Below, piece by piece: positions 17,618-26,857 of a stretch of DNA of 64,000 nucleotides. The notes below the pieces were generated by a model. It was not told the DNA's origin and made no database searches. It saw nothing but the letters and a program-made list of their open reading frames with translations. Source of the DNA: a virus (Duplodnaviria > Caudoviricetes); the IMG/VR virus record IMGVR_UViG_3300049052_000033, positions 1 to 64,000 of that record; one strand, given 5' to 3'. The translations under genes and the position numbers were made by a program. Positions within the stretch are counted from its first letter, which is position 1. Each line of letters begins with the position of its first letter.

Positions 17618-18378
17618 TGGCGATCACGACAGAAGTCTCCAGCATTACAACGATGCTCGATGCCAGGCGAAATCTTGAAATGATTAGCTTCATTGTGGTT
17701 GCCTGGGACAGTTATTCGAAAGAAAAGTACGAACTCCCCGTGGTCAAGCTGGGCGGGTTGCCAACGCCGGAGGCCGGCCTCACGCAGATTCCCGATCCTC
17801 GCCCGCCCAATGGCGAAGAACCACAAATGATCGAGGTGAGCTTGCCCTACACGCAAGGCGAAATTGACCGCATCGTCGAGGCGGTCATCACCGAACAAAA
17901 CGCCCGTGAACGCGCAGCAGGCTTCCTGCAGGTCAAGCTCGTCAATCCTGCCAACCCGCATGGCGGATATCCGATGATGCCTTCGCCGGTACCGCCAGCC
18001 ACCGACTGGGAGTGCAAAGCAGTGTGGATCCGGCAGGTGGATAACTCGGTGGCGGCTGTGTTCAGCAAGTGGACGCGCTTCCAGATGGAGTACGAACAGA
18101 GGGAGAAAGCGGCGCTGGCGTTCAAAAATAGCGGCTATGCCGGCGCGCCGTCCCTCTGGATCACGAGCTTTGCCGAGCCGGTTGGCCTCTCCAACAGAGT
18201 CGCCACCGACTTGATCTTGGCGCAGGCCCAGCGCCTTCGTAAAGCGATTGAACAGCTGGGCGTCCAGCGCATGAGCAAGTATCGGATTCTGAATGCTGCG
18301 TCGATTGCGGAGGCAGAAACGGAATTCAATATGATTATCAACGCGGTGATCCAGATTGACACCGGGCTGGCAGCATGA
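17617..18378 (+). CDS. Hypothetical tail-associated protein
   Basis: TGATG coupling to the tail fibre gene. Confidence 0.65.
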   Translation: MAITTEVSSITTMLDARRNLEMISFIVVAWDSYSKEKYELPVVKLGGLPTPEAGLTQIPDPRPPNGEEPQMIEVSLPYTQGEIDRIVEAVITEQNARERAAGFLQVKLVNPANPHGGYPMMPSPVPPATDWECKAVWIRQVDNSVAAVFSKWTRFQMEYEQREKAALAFKNSGYAGAPSLWITSFAEPVGLSNRVATDLILAQAQRLRKAIEQLGVQRMSKYRILNAASIAEAETEFNMIINAVIQIDTGLAA

Positions 18379-18854
18379 CACTGCCGACCGGAAGCATCAG
18401 CTTGTGGGAAGTCAATATTGAGTTGGGCCGACCGGGAGGGCAGTCAATCAGCTTGAACGATTCTGCGGTCCGGGCGCTCTCGGGACAGCCTGGTGGTGCA
18501 GTGGACATGTATAGCTTGCGGGGCAAGTCCAGCTACACGCCGATGACGGTCACACCGATCTCTGACTACCAGTCCTATTACAGCGCCGACTCCGGCGGCA
18601 CGGCAGCTGCTAATCCGTCCGTTTCTGTGACTGGCGGGTCTGGCGGGTACAGCTACAGCTGGAGCTTCGTCAGCAATTCAAGCGGGCTGACGATGAACGG
18701 CGGCAATTACAACGTGTGTTCCGTCTACAAGACCTATAACAGGTACTCGATGGGCAGTTGGGGCGCTACGTTGCAATGTGTGGTGACCGACAACACAGGT
18801 CACAGTGTCGCGGTCCAGGTGAATTGCGGGGCGGATTGGGACGACGGACGATGA
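18375..18854 (+). CDS. Putative tail-fibre tip/adhesin protein
   Basis: TLPTGSISLWEVNIELGR...ISLNDSAVRAL N-terminus followed by a S/G/Y-rich beta domain; ATGA coupling. Confidence 0.55.
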   Translation: MTLPTGSISLWEVNIELGRPGGQSISLNDSAVRALSGQPGGAVDMYSLRGKSSYTPMTVTPISDYQSYYSADSGGTAAANPSVSVTGGSGGYSYSWSFVSNSSGLTMNGGNYNVCSVYKTYNRYSMGSWGATLQCVVTDNTGHSVAVQVNCGADWDDGR

Positions 18855-18874
18855 AACAGAAAGGAGTAAAGCAG

Positions 18875-19441
18875 ATGGAGTACAGCCAGGCCAGAGGCCT
18901 GATCGCCACCGGCGATTTAATTGCCGTGCGCACCGCGAGCGGGCTACTGGGACGAGCCACCCAGTTTTTCACGCGCGGCCCCTACACCCACACCGGGCTG
19001 GCCCTCTGGCTATGTGGGCGCCTATTTATGACGGAGATTAACGGCGGCCGCAATCACCTGGTGCCGCTGTCGCAGCTCAACGCGGTTGACTTCGACGTTT
19101 ATGCACACCCGCCGGAGCTAGACCCGGCAGCCCTGGACGCGGCCATCCACGAATGGCTGGCGGCAAGGGTCGATTACGGCTACCTCGCGTTCGTCGCCAT
19201 CGGCCTGTTGGAGTGGCTGCGCCTCAAGCTGACCGTCCCTTGGCGCAAGATCCTGGTGTGCTCCGGTTACTGCGTGGCGAACTGGGAAAGTGCCGGTTGG
19301 CACGCGACCTGTAGCCGGGTCGTTTCTCCAACCAAGCTGGCGGCGCAAGTCCGGCGCAAGTTCACCGTGCAGGCGTCGCCGCTTGGCCCGCCAGGCGCAG
19401 GCCTAGCCGGCGGAACATCCCCGCCACCAGCCACCGTATAA
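18875..19441 (+). CDS. Permuted papain-like (YiiX/YaeF, NlpC/P60 superfamily) enzyme
   Basis: GDLI...PYTHTG (His first) and later Y...LVCSGY (Cys) order; AAGGAG RBS. Confidence 0.75.
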   Translation: MEYSQARGLIATGDLIAVRTASGLLGRATQFFTRGPYTHTGLALWLCGRLFMTEINGGRNHLVPLSQLNAVDFDVYAHPPELDPAALDAAIHEWLAARVDYGYLAFVAIGLLEWLRLKLTVPWRKILVCSGYCVANWESAGWHATCSRVVSPTKLAAQVRRKFTVQASPLGPPGAGLAGGTSPPPATV

Positions 19442-19450
19442 CCCCACCCG

Positions 19451-19472
19451 GCCCGCCTCGTGCGGGCTTTTT
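19451..19472 (+). terminator. Intrinsic terminator
   Basis: GCCCGC-CTCGT-GCGGGC followed by TTTTT. Confidence 0.75.
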
Positions 19473-19489
19473 CTTTCCAGGAGCCATGT

Positions 19490-19918
19490 ATGGCAGTCGA
19501 AACCGCGGGCGCAACGGGCGCCCTTTTGAAAATCGCCGGCGTACCTATCGTCACCAGCGCCGCCGCCACCGCCCTGGGCTTCATGTTCATGTGGCCTAAA
19601 ACACGCAGGGAAGCCTATTTCCGCATGGCCACCACCATCATTGTGTCTACGTTTGTCGGTCCATTGCTGGTCATTGCCCTGCGCTCCGCAGTGCCAAGCC
19701 TGTTCGTGGCCGCGCGCGACGGCGCCCTGCTGTACGGACTAGATCCGGCGGTCGGATTCCTGTTGATTGCGGCGCCCGTCATGGTGTTCGCCGGTCTGCC
19801 GGCCTGGTGGATTGTGGGCGCTCTGGTGCGCTGGCTCGATAAGCGCAAGGACAAGGATATCGGCGAGCTGGCAGCCGACGCCAAGCAGACCATCCAGCAG
19901 CTGCGGGGCGCCGCATGA
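19490..19918 (+). CDS. Putative holin
   Basis: Several hydrophobic segments, charged C-terminus, immediately upstream of the endolysin; AGGAG RBS. Confidence 0.7.
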   Translation: MAVETAGATGALLKIAGVPIVTSAAATALGFMFMWPKTRREAYFRMATTIIVSTFVGPLLVIALRSAVPSLFVAARDGALLYGLDPAVGFLLIAAPVMVFAGLPAWWIVGALVRWLDKRKDKDIGELAADAKQTIQQLRGAA

Positions 19919-20463
19919 ACTTGGACCAGTTAGCTGCCATCTTCCCGCGTGCCGGCAAACGTGCAGCGGTATTCCTGCCATGGCTCAACGCCGCCATGGC
20001 GGAATTTGACATCAGCACGCCCGCGCGGCAAGCCGCTTTCCTGGCTCAGGTCGGGCACGAGTCCGGGCAACTGCAATGGGTCCAGGAGCTGGCCAGCGGA
20101 GCCGCCTACGACACCGGCCCGATCGCGGCCCGTTTGGGCAATACGCCCGAAGCCGACGGCGACGGCCAGCGCTGGAAGGGACACGGCTTGATCCAAGTCA
20201 CCGGCGCCGCCAACCACCGCGCCTGCGCTGCCTACTTCAAGATCCCGGAAGGCCAGATTGTCGCCTGGCTGCTGACGCCGGAAGGCGCCTGCCGCTCAGC
20301 CGGCTGGTTCTGGCACACCAAACGCCTGAATGCGCTGGCCGATGCCGGCGACCAGATCGGCATCACCCGCCGTATCAACGGCGGCACCAACGGACTGGCC
20401 GAACGGCTGGACCTCTACCGGCAAGCGGCCCGCGTATTGGGCGCCCCTGCCATCCCTCGATAA
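19915..20463 (+). CDS. Endolysin, glycoside hydrolase family 19
   Basis: AAFLAQVGHESG, GLIQVTG, ITRRINGGTNGLAER motifs. Confidence 0.92.
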   Translation: MNLDQLAAIFPRAGKRAAVFLPWLNAAMAEFDISTPARQAAFLAQVGHESGQLQWVQELASGAAYDTGPIAARLGNTPEADGDGQRWKGHGLIQVTGAANHRACAAYFKIPEGQIVAWLLTPEGACRSAGWFWHTKRLNALADAGDQIGITRRINGGTNGLAERLDLYRQAARVLGAPAIPR

Positions 20464-20475
20464 CGGAAAGCTCCT

Positions 20476-21027
20476 ATGATTTCGACACTTTGCAAGCTGG
20501 TCGTTCCAGCCTGGGCCCGCGCGGCCATGCTCGTTGCCGCCGGCGTCGCCCTCCTGGGCATCGGCTGGATCCAGGGCGAGCGCTCCGCCGGTGAAGCGCA
20601 CCTGGCCTACGTCAGCGCCCAAGCCACGCGCACCGTGGCGATTGCCCGCGCGCAGGCCAAGGTCGTGCAACAGGTCGAAGTCCGCTACCAGGAGCGCATC
20701 CGCACCATTTACCTGCACGGAGAAACGATTGAAACCCACATCCCGCAACTGGTCACGCCTGCCGACGTGGAGCGCTTTGGCGTGCACGTTGGCTTTGTCC
20801 GCCTGTTCGACGCCGCCTGGTCAGGTGACGCTCCCGGACCCTCCGAAGATGCTGACCGCGAACCCGCCGCCGTTTCGCTTGCTGACGTCGCACAAGTCGA
20901 AGCCGAAAACGCCACCACTTGCCGCGCCTGGCGCGAGCAAGCCCTGGGCTGGCGCGACTTCTACGACGAATTGAAGCGGGCTACCGACGGCGGCAGGACA
21001 GGGGAGGGCACAGCATGGCAAAACTGA
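20476..21027 (+). CDS. Putative spanin-like (Rz-type) lysis protein
   Basis: Single N-terminal TM helix plus a helical periplasmic domain, following the endolysin. Confidence 0.55.
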   Translation: MISTLCKLVVPAWARAAMLVAAGVALLGIGWIQGERSAGEAHLAYVSAQATRTVAIARAQAKVVQQVEVRYQERIRTIYLHGETIETHIPQLVTPADVERFGVHVGFVRLFDAAWSGDAPGPSEDADREPAAVSLADVAQVEAENATTCRAWREQALGWRDFYDELKRATDGGRTGEGTAWQN

Positions 21028-22778
21028 GCCTGAACGGCTTTTCTGGCCTGCTGCCGCGCGTGCCGGAATCCAAGCTGCCCCTGGGTGGTGCCCTGGCGGC
21101 GGAGAACATCGACTTTTCGGGCGGCCAGTTGCAATCGTTAAAGGGCGATTTTGCCCTGCGCCAGCTGCCGCATGCGGCACGCTCGGTGTTTTCCGAGAAC
21201 GGCCTCCAGTTTTACACTTGGACGGAAGACGTCAATGCGGTTCCCAGTCCCCTGCAGGCAGGCGACGCCAGCGATTTGCTGTACTACACCACGCCGACCG
21301 ACTTCCGCGTCACGCGCCTGTCGCTGGCCACCGAGAGCGGCGGCGTGCCGGCAACCAGCTGGCGCGTGGGGGTGCCGAAACCGACCCGGGCGCCGATCGT
21401 GACCGTTGTCCACCCAGCGCTGCCGGCCAAGCCAGTGGCCACCGTGGACCCCGAACCGGTCGATACCTACGCCACGCGCCTGGCATCGGCGCAGGCCGCG
21501 GCAGAAGCGACCCAGACCGCCGGCACCAAAACCAGCACCGAAACACGCGTCTACACCTACACCTACCGCAATGTCTTCAATGAAGAGGGGCCACCAAGCC
21601 CGAGCGCGACGGTGGATGTCAAAGCCGTGACGCTGAACGGTGTCACCACCTACAGCAAGGTGACGGTGCAGGTACCATTTGACGAGCTGCCGGACTATGT
21701 GGCGATCAAGAGTGCGGGGCTATACCGCACGGCCGACGGCGCCACGGCGGCCGAGTTCTACTACGCCATGACGGTACCGGTCGCGCCGGGCCAGGCGACC
21801 GTGGAAGACGCAGTGAAGGGCGCAGCGCTCAACGAGCCTCTGTCGAGCAACTTCTTCTACCCGCCCGACCCGCTGCTGCAAGGCTTGATCCACCTTGGCA
21901 ACGGCATCCTGGCGGCCTGGAAAGGCAAGCAGCTGTGGCTGTCCGAGGCCTACAAGCCGTGGGCCTGGAATCCAGCCAACATGCAAACGTTCGCGCACCC
22001 GATTGTCGGCGCCATTCGCTACGGCTCTGGTGCGCTGGTGACGACGGTCGGCGAACCCGTCATCGTGTCCGGCTTGAGCCCGGACGGTATGGCGCAAGTA
22101 TCCCTCGAGGTGCCGCAGGCGGGCGTGTCGAAATGGTCGCTGTTGGCCCTGGACGGCCTGGCGGTGTACGCCAGCCATGACGGCCTGATCGTGCTGAACG
22201 GCGGACAGCAAGACATGCGCGTCACCAAGCGCTACTTCACGCGCAAGGTCTGGCGCAAGCGCTATGCCGCAGGGCTGGCCAGCATGCAGTTTGCCTACTA
22301 CGACGGCAGGCTGATCGTGTTTTCCCGCGCCAACGCCTTTGTACCGTTCATGTTGGAACTGGACGAGGCTGGCGCCATGACCGAACTGCCAGGACTGCGC
22401 GCCCAGGCGGCCACCGTGCTGGTGACGTCGGACCAGCTGTACACAGTCGATGGCACGACGCTCAACCAGTTTGCCGGAGGCGCCGATCTGCCGCTGCATT
22501 GGGCCAGCGACAAGTTGGTATTGCCTTCCCCGGTCATGCTGGCAGTGGCCAAGGCCGAGTGTGAAGGCAATTTCACGATCCGCTTTTACCAGGATGGCGT
22601 ACTGGGGTTTACCCAGGCGGTGTCCACCGGTGCCACCGTCTTCCGCTTGCCAAGCCAGCCCATCCCCGGCCATGCGGGGTTGGCGTGCAGCGATCGCTGG
22701 GAAATTGATATCGCCGGTACCGGCACCTTCAAACGGCTCAAGGCCGCATCTTCGACGCAGGAATTGAAAGAGAGTTAG
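21015..22778 (+). CDS. Probable tail tubular/stabilisation (nozzle) protein
   Basis: KLSLNGFSGLLPR...AENIDF N-terminus and beta-rich body; GGAGGG RBS. Confidence 0.65.
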   Translation: MAKLSLNGFSGLLPRVPESKLPLGGALAAENIDFSGGQLQSLKGDFALRQLPHAARSVFSENGLQFYTWTEDVNAVPSPLQAGDASDLLYYTTPTDFRVTRLSLATESGGVPATSWRVGVPKPTRAPIVTVVHPALPAKPVATVDPEPVDTYATRLASAQAAAEATQTAGTKTSTETRVYTYTYRNVFNEEGPPSPSATVDVKAVTLNGVTTYSKVTVQVPFDELPDYVAIKSAGLYRTADGATAAEFYYAMTVPVAPGQATVEDAVKGAALNEPLSSNFFYPPDPLLQGLIHLGNGILAAWKGKQLWLSEAYKPWAWNPANMQTFAHPIVGAIRYGSGALVTTVGEPVIVSGLSPDGMAQVSLEVPQAGVSKWSLLALDGLAVYASHDGLIVLNGGQQDMRVTKRYFTRKVWRKRYAAGLASMQFAYYDGRLIVFSRANAFVPFMLELDEAGAMTELPGLRAQAATVLVTSDQLYTVDGTTLNQFAGGADLPLHWASDKLVLPSPVMLAVAKAECEGNFTIRFYQDGVLGFTQAVSTGATVFRLPSQPIPGHAGLACSDRWEIDIAGTGTFKRLKAASSTQELKES

Positions 22779-22782
22779 CAGC

Positions 22783-24339
22783 ATGTCCACCGTCAACGCA
22801 CTTTCGCACGCAGCCATCCGGGCAGTGCAGGACCCACAAGCACGCCTGTTGTTCCAGCAGCTGTCCGACATGGCCGCGGTGCGCAACGGCGACGTCGGCA
22901 ACGGTGACCAAGCGTTCGTGACACTGGGCGACCTGACCAACAACCCAGACAGGGCGGCCAGCGTCGCGCGGGCCATGGCCAAGGCCCTGGCCGACGGCGT
23001 CAGTGCGCCGGGTTCGGCCATGCAGCAATTGGCCGACCAGTTGCAGGAGCGCATCCTCGGCAGCGCGGCCTGGCAACAGCTGTTTGCCCCTGTCGCGCTG
23101 CTCACTGCCCCGGATACCACGGCCGGCAGCGCCGCTTATGCGCTGTTACAGGAAGGGAAGGCACGCGGTGCCGCCATCAAGGTGGTTAGCGAAGCAGTCA
23201 AGACCGCCAACGAGAACATTGCGCGGGTGAGCCAGCAGCTTGTGGCAGGCCTGGCAGATAGTGCGGCAGCGGTCCAGCAGGAAGCCCAGGCGCGCGCCTC
23301 GGCTGACAGTGCCACCGCCAGTACGCTCAGCACCCTTACCACGCAGACCAACAGCAATACAGCAGGCATCACGAGCGAGGAAAGCGCGCGCACGAACAGC
23401 GACAACGCCCTGGTCAACGCGATCAACACGCTGTGGGGGAAGGTCGGCACCAATACCGCCCTGGTCTCGGGCGGCAGTAACGTGGTGGTGAACAACGTCG
23501 GCGGCGCGGCAACCAAATTCGACCAGTTGCAAGCCACCGTCACCGATCCGAGCACCGGACTGGTCACGAAATACGCCACCGTGCGCAATGACCTGAGCGT
23601 TACCAACGACACGGTCAAGGGCATCTCCGGCAAATGGGGCATGAAGCTGGACCTGAACGGCTACATCAGCGGTCTGCTGCTCAATGCTGGGGTAACGCCG
23701 GACGGCAAGAGTGAATCGGCCTTCATGATCCTGGCGGACATGTTCGCTGTCGGCGCGCCTGGCAAGCCCAATATCGTCCCCTTCGCCATCGATGCCCAAA
23801 CCGGGCTGGTGGCAATCCGTGGTGACCTGGTGGTCAAGCGCTCCATCACCGCTGACAGCATCGCTGCCAACACGATTACGGCCGAGAGCGCCGTCATCGG
23901 CACGGCCGCGATCACGACTGCCAATATCCGAGACGCGGCCGTCGATACCTTGAAGATCCAAGGCAACTCGGTCACCGTCATGTCGTCGGCCAAGGGCACC
24001 GGCAGCGCGTCGATCACGCTCAACGCCCAAGGCGGCGGCGTCCCTGTGTTCCTGACATGCTCCGCGCAGGGAGGGTACTCGGTGCGCGGCACGCCGATCA
24101 ATGGGCGAGTGCGGCTACGGATCAAGCGCGACGGATTGCAGATCTACGAAACGTTCACCCAGGCCTACGCGCCATCGGGTCAGGACCTGTACATCTGCAC
24201 CACGGGCGTGCATGTCGACGTGCCGGCTGGCGGGGTGCGCACTTATACCTTTGAAGTCGTCTGCGACAACGACCCCGAAACGGGGTATGCAGGCTACCCG
24301 GTTTCGGTGAGCGCTGCATTACTGGAGACTAAACGATGA
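22783..24339 (+). CDS. Tail tip protein with a DUF1983-like segment
   Basis: Coiled-coil N-terminal half; KWGMKLDLNGYISG...SAFMILADMFAV...PFAID motif. Confidence 0.7.
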   Translation: MSTVNALSHAAIRAVQDPQARLLFQQLSDMAAVRNGDVGNGDQAFVTLGDLTNNPDRAASVARAMAKALADGVSAPGSAMQQLADQLQERILGSAAWQQLFAPVALLTAPDTTAGSAAYALLQEGKARGAAIKVVSEAVKTANENIARVSQQLVAGLADSAAAVQQEAQARASADSATASTLSTLTTQTNSNTAGITSEESARTNSDNALVNAINTLWGKVGTNTALVSGGSNVVVNNVGGAATKFDQLQATVTDPSTGLVTKYATVRNDLSVTNDTVKGISGKWGMKLDLNGYISGLLLNAGVTPDGKSESAFMILADMFAVGAPGKPNIVPFAIDAQTGLVAIRGDLVVKRSITADSIAANTITAESAVIGTAAITTANIRDAAVDTLKIQGNSVTVMSSAKGTGSASITLNAQGGGVPVFLTCSAQGGYSVRGTPINGRVRLRIKRDGLQIYETFTQAYAPSGQDLYICTTGVHVDVPAGGVRTYTFEVVCDNDPETGYAGYPVSVSAALLETKR

Positions 24340-24689
24340 TTGACTACGCGCTGTACGACAACGATGGCCGGATCATGCAAACCGGCACCTGCCCGGAGTC
24401 CATGGTGACCTTGCAGAAGGCATCCGGCTACCAGGTGGCCACCGGTCCCGCCACCCTCGATCGCCACTATGTCCGCGCTGGCGAAATCGCCGAGCGTCCG
24501 GCATGCCCGGCCGTGCTGCGCGGCCAGTTGCTGGAGCAGCTGCCGGTCCCTTGTGACATTGTCATTAACACCACATCCTACCGGTGCGAAGACGCCAGCG
24601 CGCAGCTGAACTTCTCCCACCCAGGGACGTACCAGGTGCGCGTGGTGGCCTTTCCTTACCTTGACGCCAATTTTGCAATCACCGTATGA
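24336..24689 (+). CDS. Hypothetical tail-associated protein
   Basis: ATGA coupling, GGAG RBS. Confidence 0.65.
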   Translation: MIDYALYDNDGRIMQTGTCPESMVTLQKASGYQVATGPATLDRHYVRAGEIAERPACPAVLRGQLLEQLPVPCDIVINTTSYRCEDASAQLNFSHPGTYQVRVVAFPYLDANFAITV

Positions 24690-24877
24690 CCACGATCATC
24701 CAGCACACCGAAGACTACGCCGCGCTTCGCGCCACCGCCTATCCGCCTCTGGCCGACTTCGCCGACGCCATGTACTGGGCGGCGAAGGGCGACACCACCA
24801 AACTTGAGGCCTACCACGCACGGGTGGAAGCCATCAAACAGCGCTTTCCCAAACCGCCCGCGGCCGCCCCGGACTAA
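24686..24877 (+). CDS. Small tail-associated protein
   Basis: Y..LR...YPP..D..DA.YW pattern; ATGA coupling. Confidence 0.6.
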   Translation: MTTIIQHTEDYAALRATAYPPLADFADAMYWAAKGDTTKLEAYHARVEAIKQRFPKPPAAAPD

Positions 24878-24909
24878 ATCCCAAGTTTTTCGGGATCCAC
24901 TCCTATCAT
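24878..24909 (+). promoter_or_regulatory. Phage-specific promoter repeat, copy 1 (ATCCCAAGT-N17-TATCAT)
   Basis: Same motif and exact spacing recur four more times at 46.5-48.6 kb. Confidence 0.7.
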
Positions 24910-24955
24910 CGCTCGCGAACGCAGGCCGTCGCCTGCACCGAACCGAAGGGACCCC

Positions 24956-25525
24956 ATGAAGAACTTTCTGCGCATCGCCGAGGGCGTTGACATTATTCCA
25001 CTGCTGCTGGCGATCAAGCGCCAACCCGAAATGTGGCGCGAAGACACGTACTTGCGCAGCTATCCGCAGGGGCCTTTCGGGGAAGTGGAATCCATCATGC
25101 TGCGCTTCCCCGAGCGTACCGTACACGAAACCGAAGAACTGATGCGCCAGCACCTGGCCGTGACGGACCAGCACGAAAGCATCGACTACCCACCATATAA
25201 ACGCCTGCCGGAAGCGCGCGCGCTGATCATGCAACTGATGACCCGCGTGGCCGGCGAGCGCCTGGGGCGCTGCATGATCAACAAGATCGCCCCGGGCGGC
25301 CGTATCTTCCCGCACGCCGACACCCCGGCGCATGCCGAGTACTACGACCGCTTCCACCTGGTACTGGAATCGAACCCACAGTCGAGCTTCCGCGCCGGCG
25401 ACGAGGTGGTCAACATGGCCGTCGGCGAAGTCTGGTGGTTCGACAACAGCATCGAGCACGAAGTGGTGAACCACGGCGATTGCGATCGCATCCATTTAGT
25501 CATTGATATCCGAACATCGAAATGA
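24956..25525 (+). CDS. Aspartyl/asparaginyl beta-hydroxylase-family 2OG-Fe(II) dioxygenase
   Basis: PHAD (HxD), RFHLVL, WWFDNSIEH (distal His), RIHLVID motifs. Confidence 0.88.
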   Translation: MKNFLRIAEGVDIIPLLLAIKRQPEMWREDTYLRSYPQGPFGEVESIMLRFPERTVHETEELMRQHLAVTDQHESIDYPPYKRLPEARALIMQLMTRVAGERLGRCMINKIAPGGRIFPHADTPAHAEYYDRFHLVLESNPQSSFRAGDEVVNMAVGEVWWFDNSIEHEVVNHGDCDRIHLVIDIRTSK

Positions 25526-26043
25526 ACACCATCACCTACCAGGTGGAGCGCTGGGCGGCGTTTGCCGCCGACGCGCAGGACCTGTTCCGCCAGCACTGGC
25601 TGGAAATCGCCTTGGGCCACGCCAAGGTGCCGCTGGACGTCGCCCATGACCGATACCAGGCCATGTGCGATCAGGACGTGTTGCACATCGTGACCGTGCG
25701 CGACAACGGCCGGCTGGTCGGCTACCACGTGGCAATTGTCAGCGGCCACCTGCACTACGCCAGCACGCTGCATGGCATCACCGACGTGTACTACCTGCTG
25801 CCGAAGTACCGCCGCGGCCGCACAGGTATCCGCCTGTTCCAGCGCGTCGAGGCGGAAATGCGGGCGCTGGGCGTGGAAAAGCTGTTCACCGGCGTGAAGC
25901 TGCACACCGCTGACGGCCAGAGCGGGCGCCTGTTTGAGTATCTGGGCTACACGCCGACCGAAACCCTGTACACCAAGCTGCTTGGTGACGAGGGCTTCGC
26001 CACTCCCCACGAAACCATGTACATCAAGCAGATCGGAGACTGA
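25522..26043 (+). CDS. GNAT-fold acyltransferase
   Basis: LVGY...DVYYLLPKYRRGRTGIRL (acetyl-CoA motif A), LFEYLGY. Confidence 0.8.
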   Translation: MNTITYQVERWAAFAADAQDLFRQHWLEIALGHAKVPLDVAHDRYQAMCDQDVLHIVTVRDNGRLVGYHVAIVSGHLHYASTLHGITDVYYLLPKYRRGRTGIRLFQRVEAEMRALGVEKLFTGVKLHTADGQSGRLFEYLGYTPTETLYTKLLGDEGFATPHETMYIKQIGD

Positions 26044-26044
26044 C

Positions 26045-26836
26045 ATGCGCACCAAGCTTCGCGCCGAATCCAAACACGAACTGCGCCTGAGCGAAGGCAG
26101 TCAGTTCTGCCACGTGGCCGCCGCCATGGTGGGCGCCGCGGTGGTGGGCGGCGTCGCGTCCAACGCGGCAGCCAAAAAGGGCGCCAAGGCCATGGATCGT
26201 GCGACCGACCAGAACGCCTACCAGGGTGAGATCGCCAAAGACCAGTACGAGGACTACAAGGAGAATTACCGTCCCCTCGAGCACCAGCTGGTCAAAGAGG
26301 CGCAGGACGCCGATTCCGAAGCGGCGCAGGAGAAGGCAGCGAGTGCGGCAGCGGCCACTGTGTCGAGCCAGATCGGGCTGGCCAAGGAACGGCTGGCGCG
26401 CACCCCGGGGCTGGACCCGTCCAGCGCCGCCGCAGCAGCAGCAGCGTCCGACCTGGCGCTGAAAGGCGCCGCCATGGGGGCCAACGCCCAGAATACGGCG
26501 CGGCAGCAGACCAAGGACATGGCCTACGCCAAGAAGATCGACGCCGTATCGTTGGGCAAGGGGCTGTCGGCCAGTGCCGGTGCCGGTCTGGCCAGCGCTT
26601 CCGCCGGCGCCAACGCACTCGCGGCGTCGCAGCAGAGCCTGGCGGGGCAGCAGGCCGCCGGCATCGGCCAGATGACCAGTGGCCTGATCAACGCGTTCGG
26701 ACGGATGGGCCAGACCTCTCCGGGCCTGAGCATGCCGAAGGCCGACTACACCAATACCTTCACCACCACCGATACCGGCCTGCCAAGTTCGCCGACCGGG
26801 ATGGGAAGCGGGGCGCCCGACGTCGGGTACGCCTAA
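26045..26836 (+). CDS. Probable internal virion (DNA ejection) protein
   Basis: AAAMVGAAVVGG N-terminal hydrophobic stretch, Ala/Gly-rich helical body, position after GNAT. Confidence 0.65.
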   Translation: MRTKLRAESKHELRLSEGSQFCHVAAAMVGAAVVGGVASNAAAKKGAKAMDRATDQNAYQGEIAKDQYEDYKENYRPLEHQLVKEAQDADSEAAQEKAASAAAATVSSQIGLAKERLARTPGLDPSSAAAAAAASDLALKGAAMGANAQNTARQQTKDMAYAKKIDAVSLGKGLSASAGAGLASASAGANALAASQQSLAGQQAAGIGQMTSGLINAFGRMGQTSPGLSMPKADYTNTFTTTDTGLPSSPTGMGSGAPDVGYA

Positions 26837-26857
26837 CTGAACAGAAAGGCACCACAG

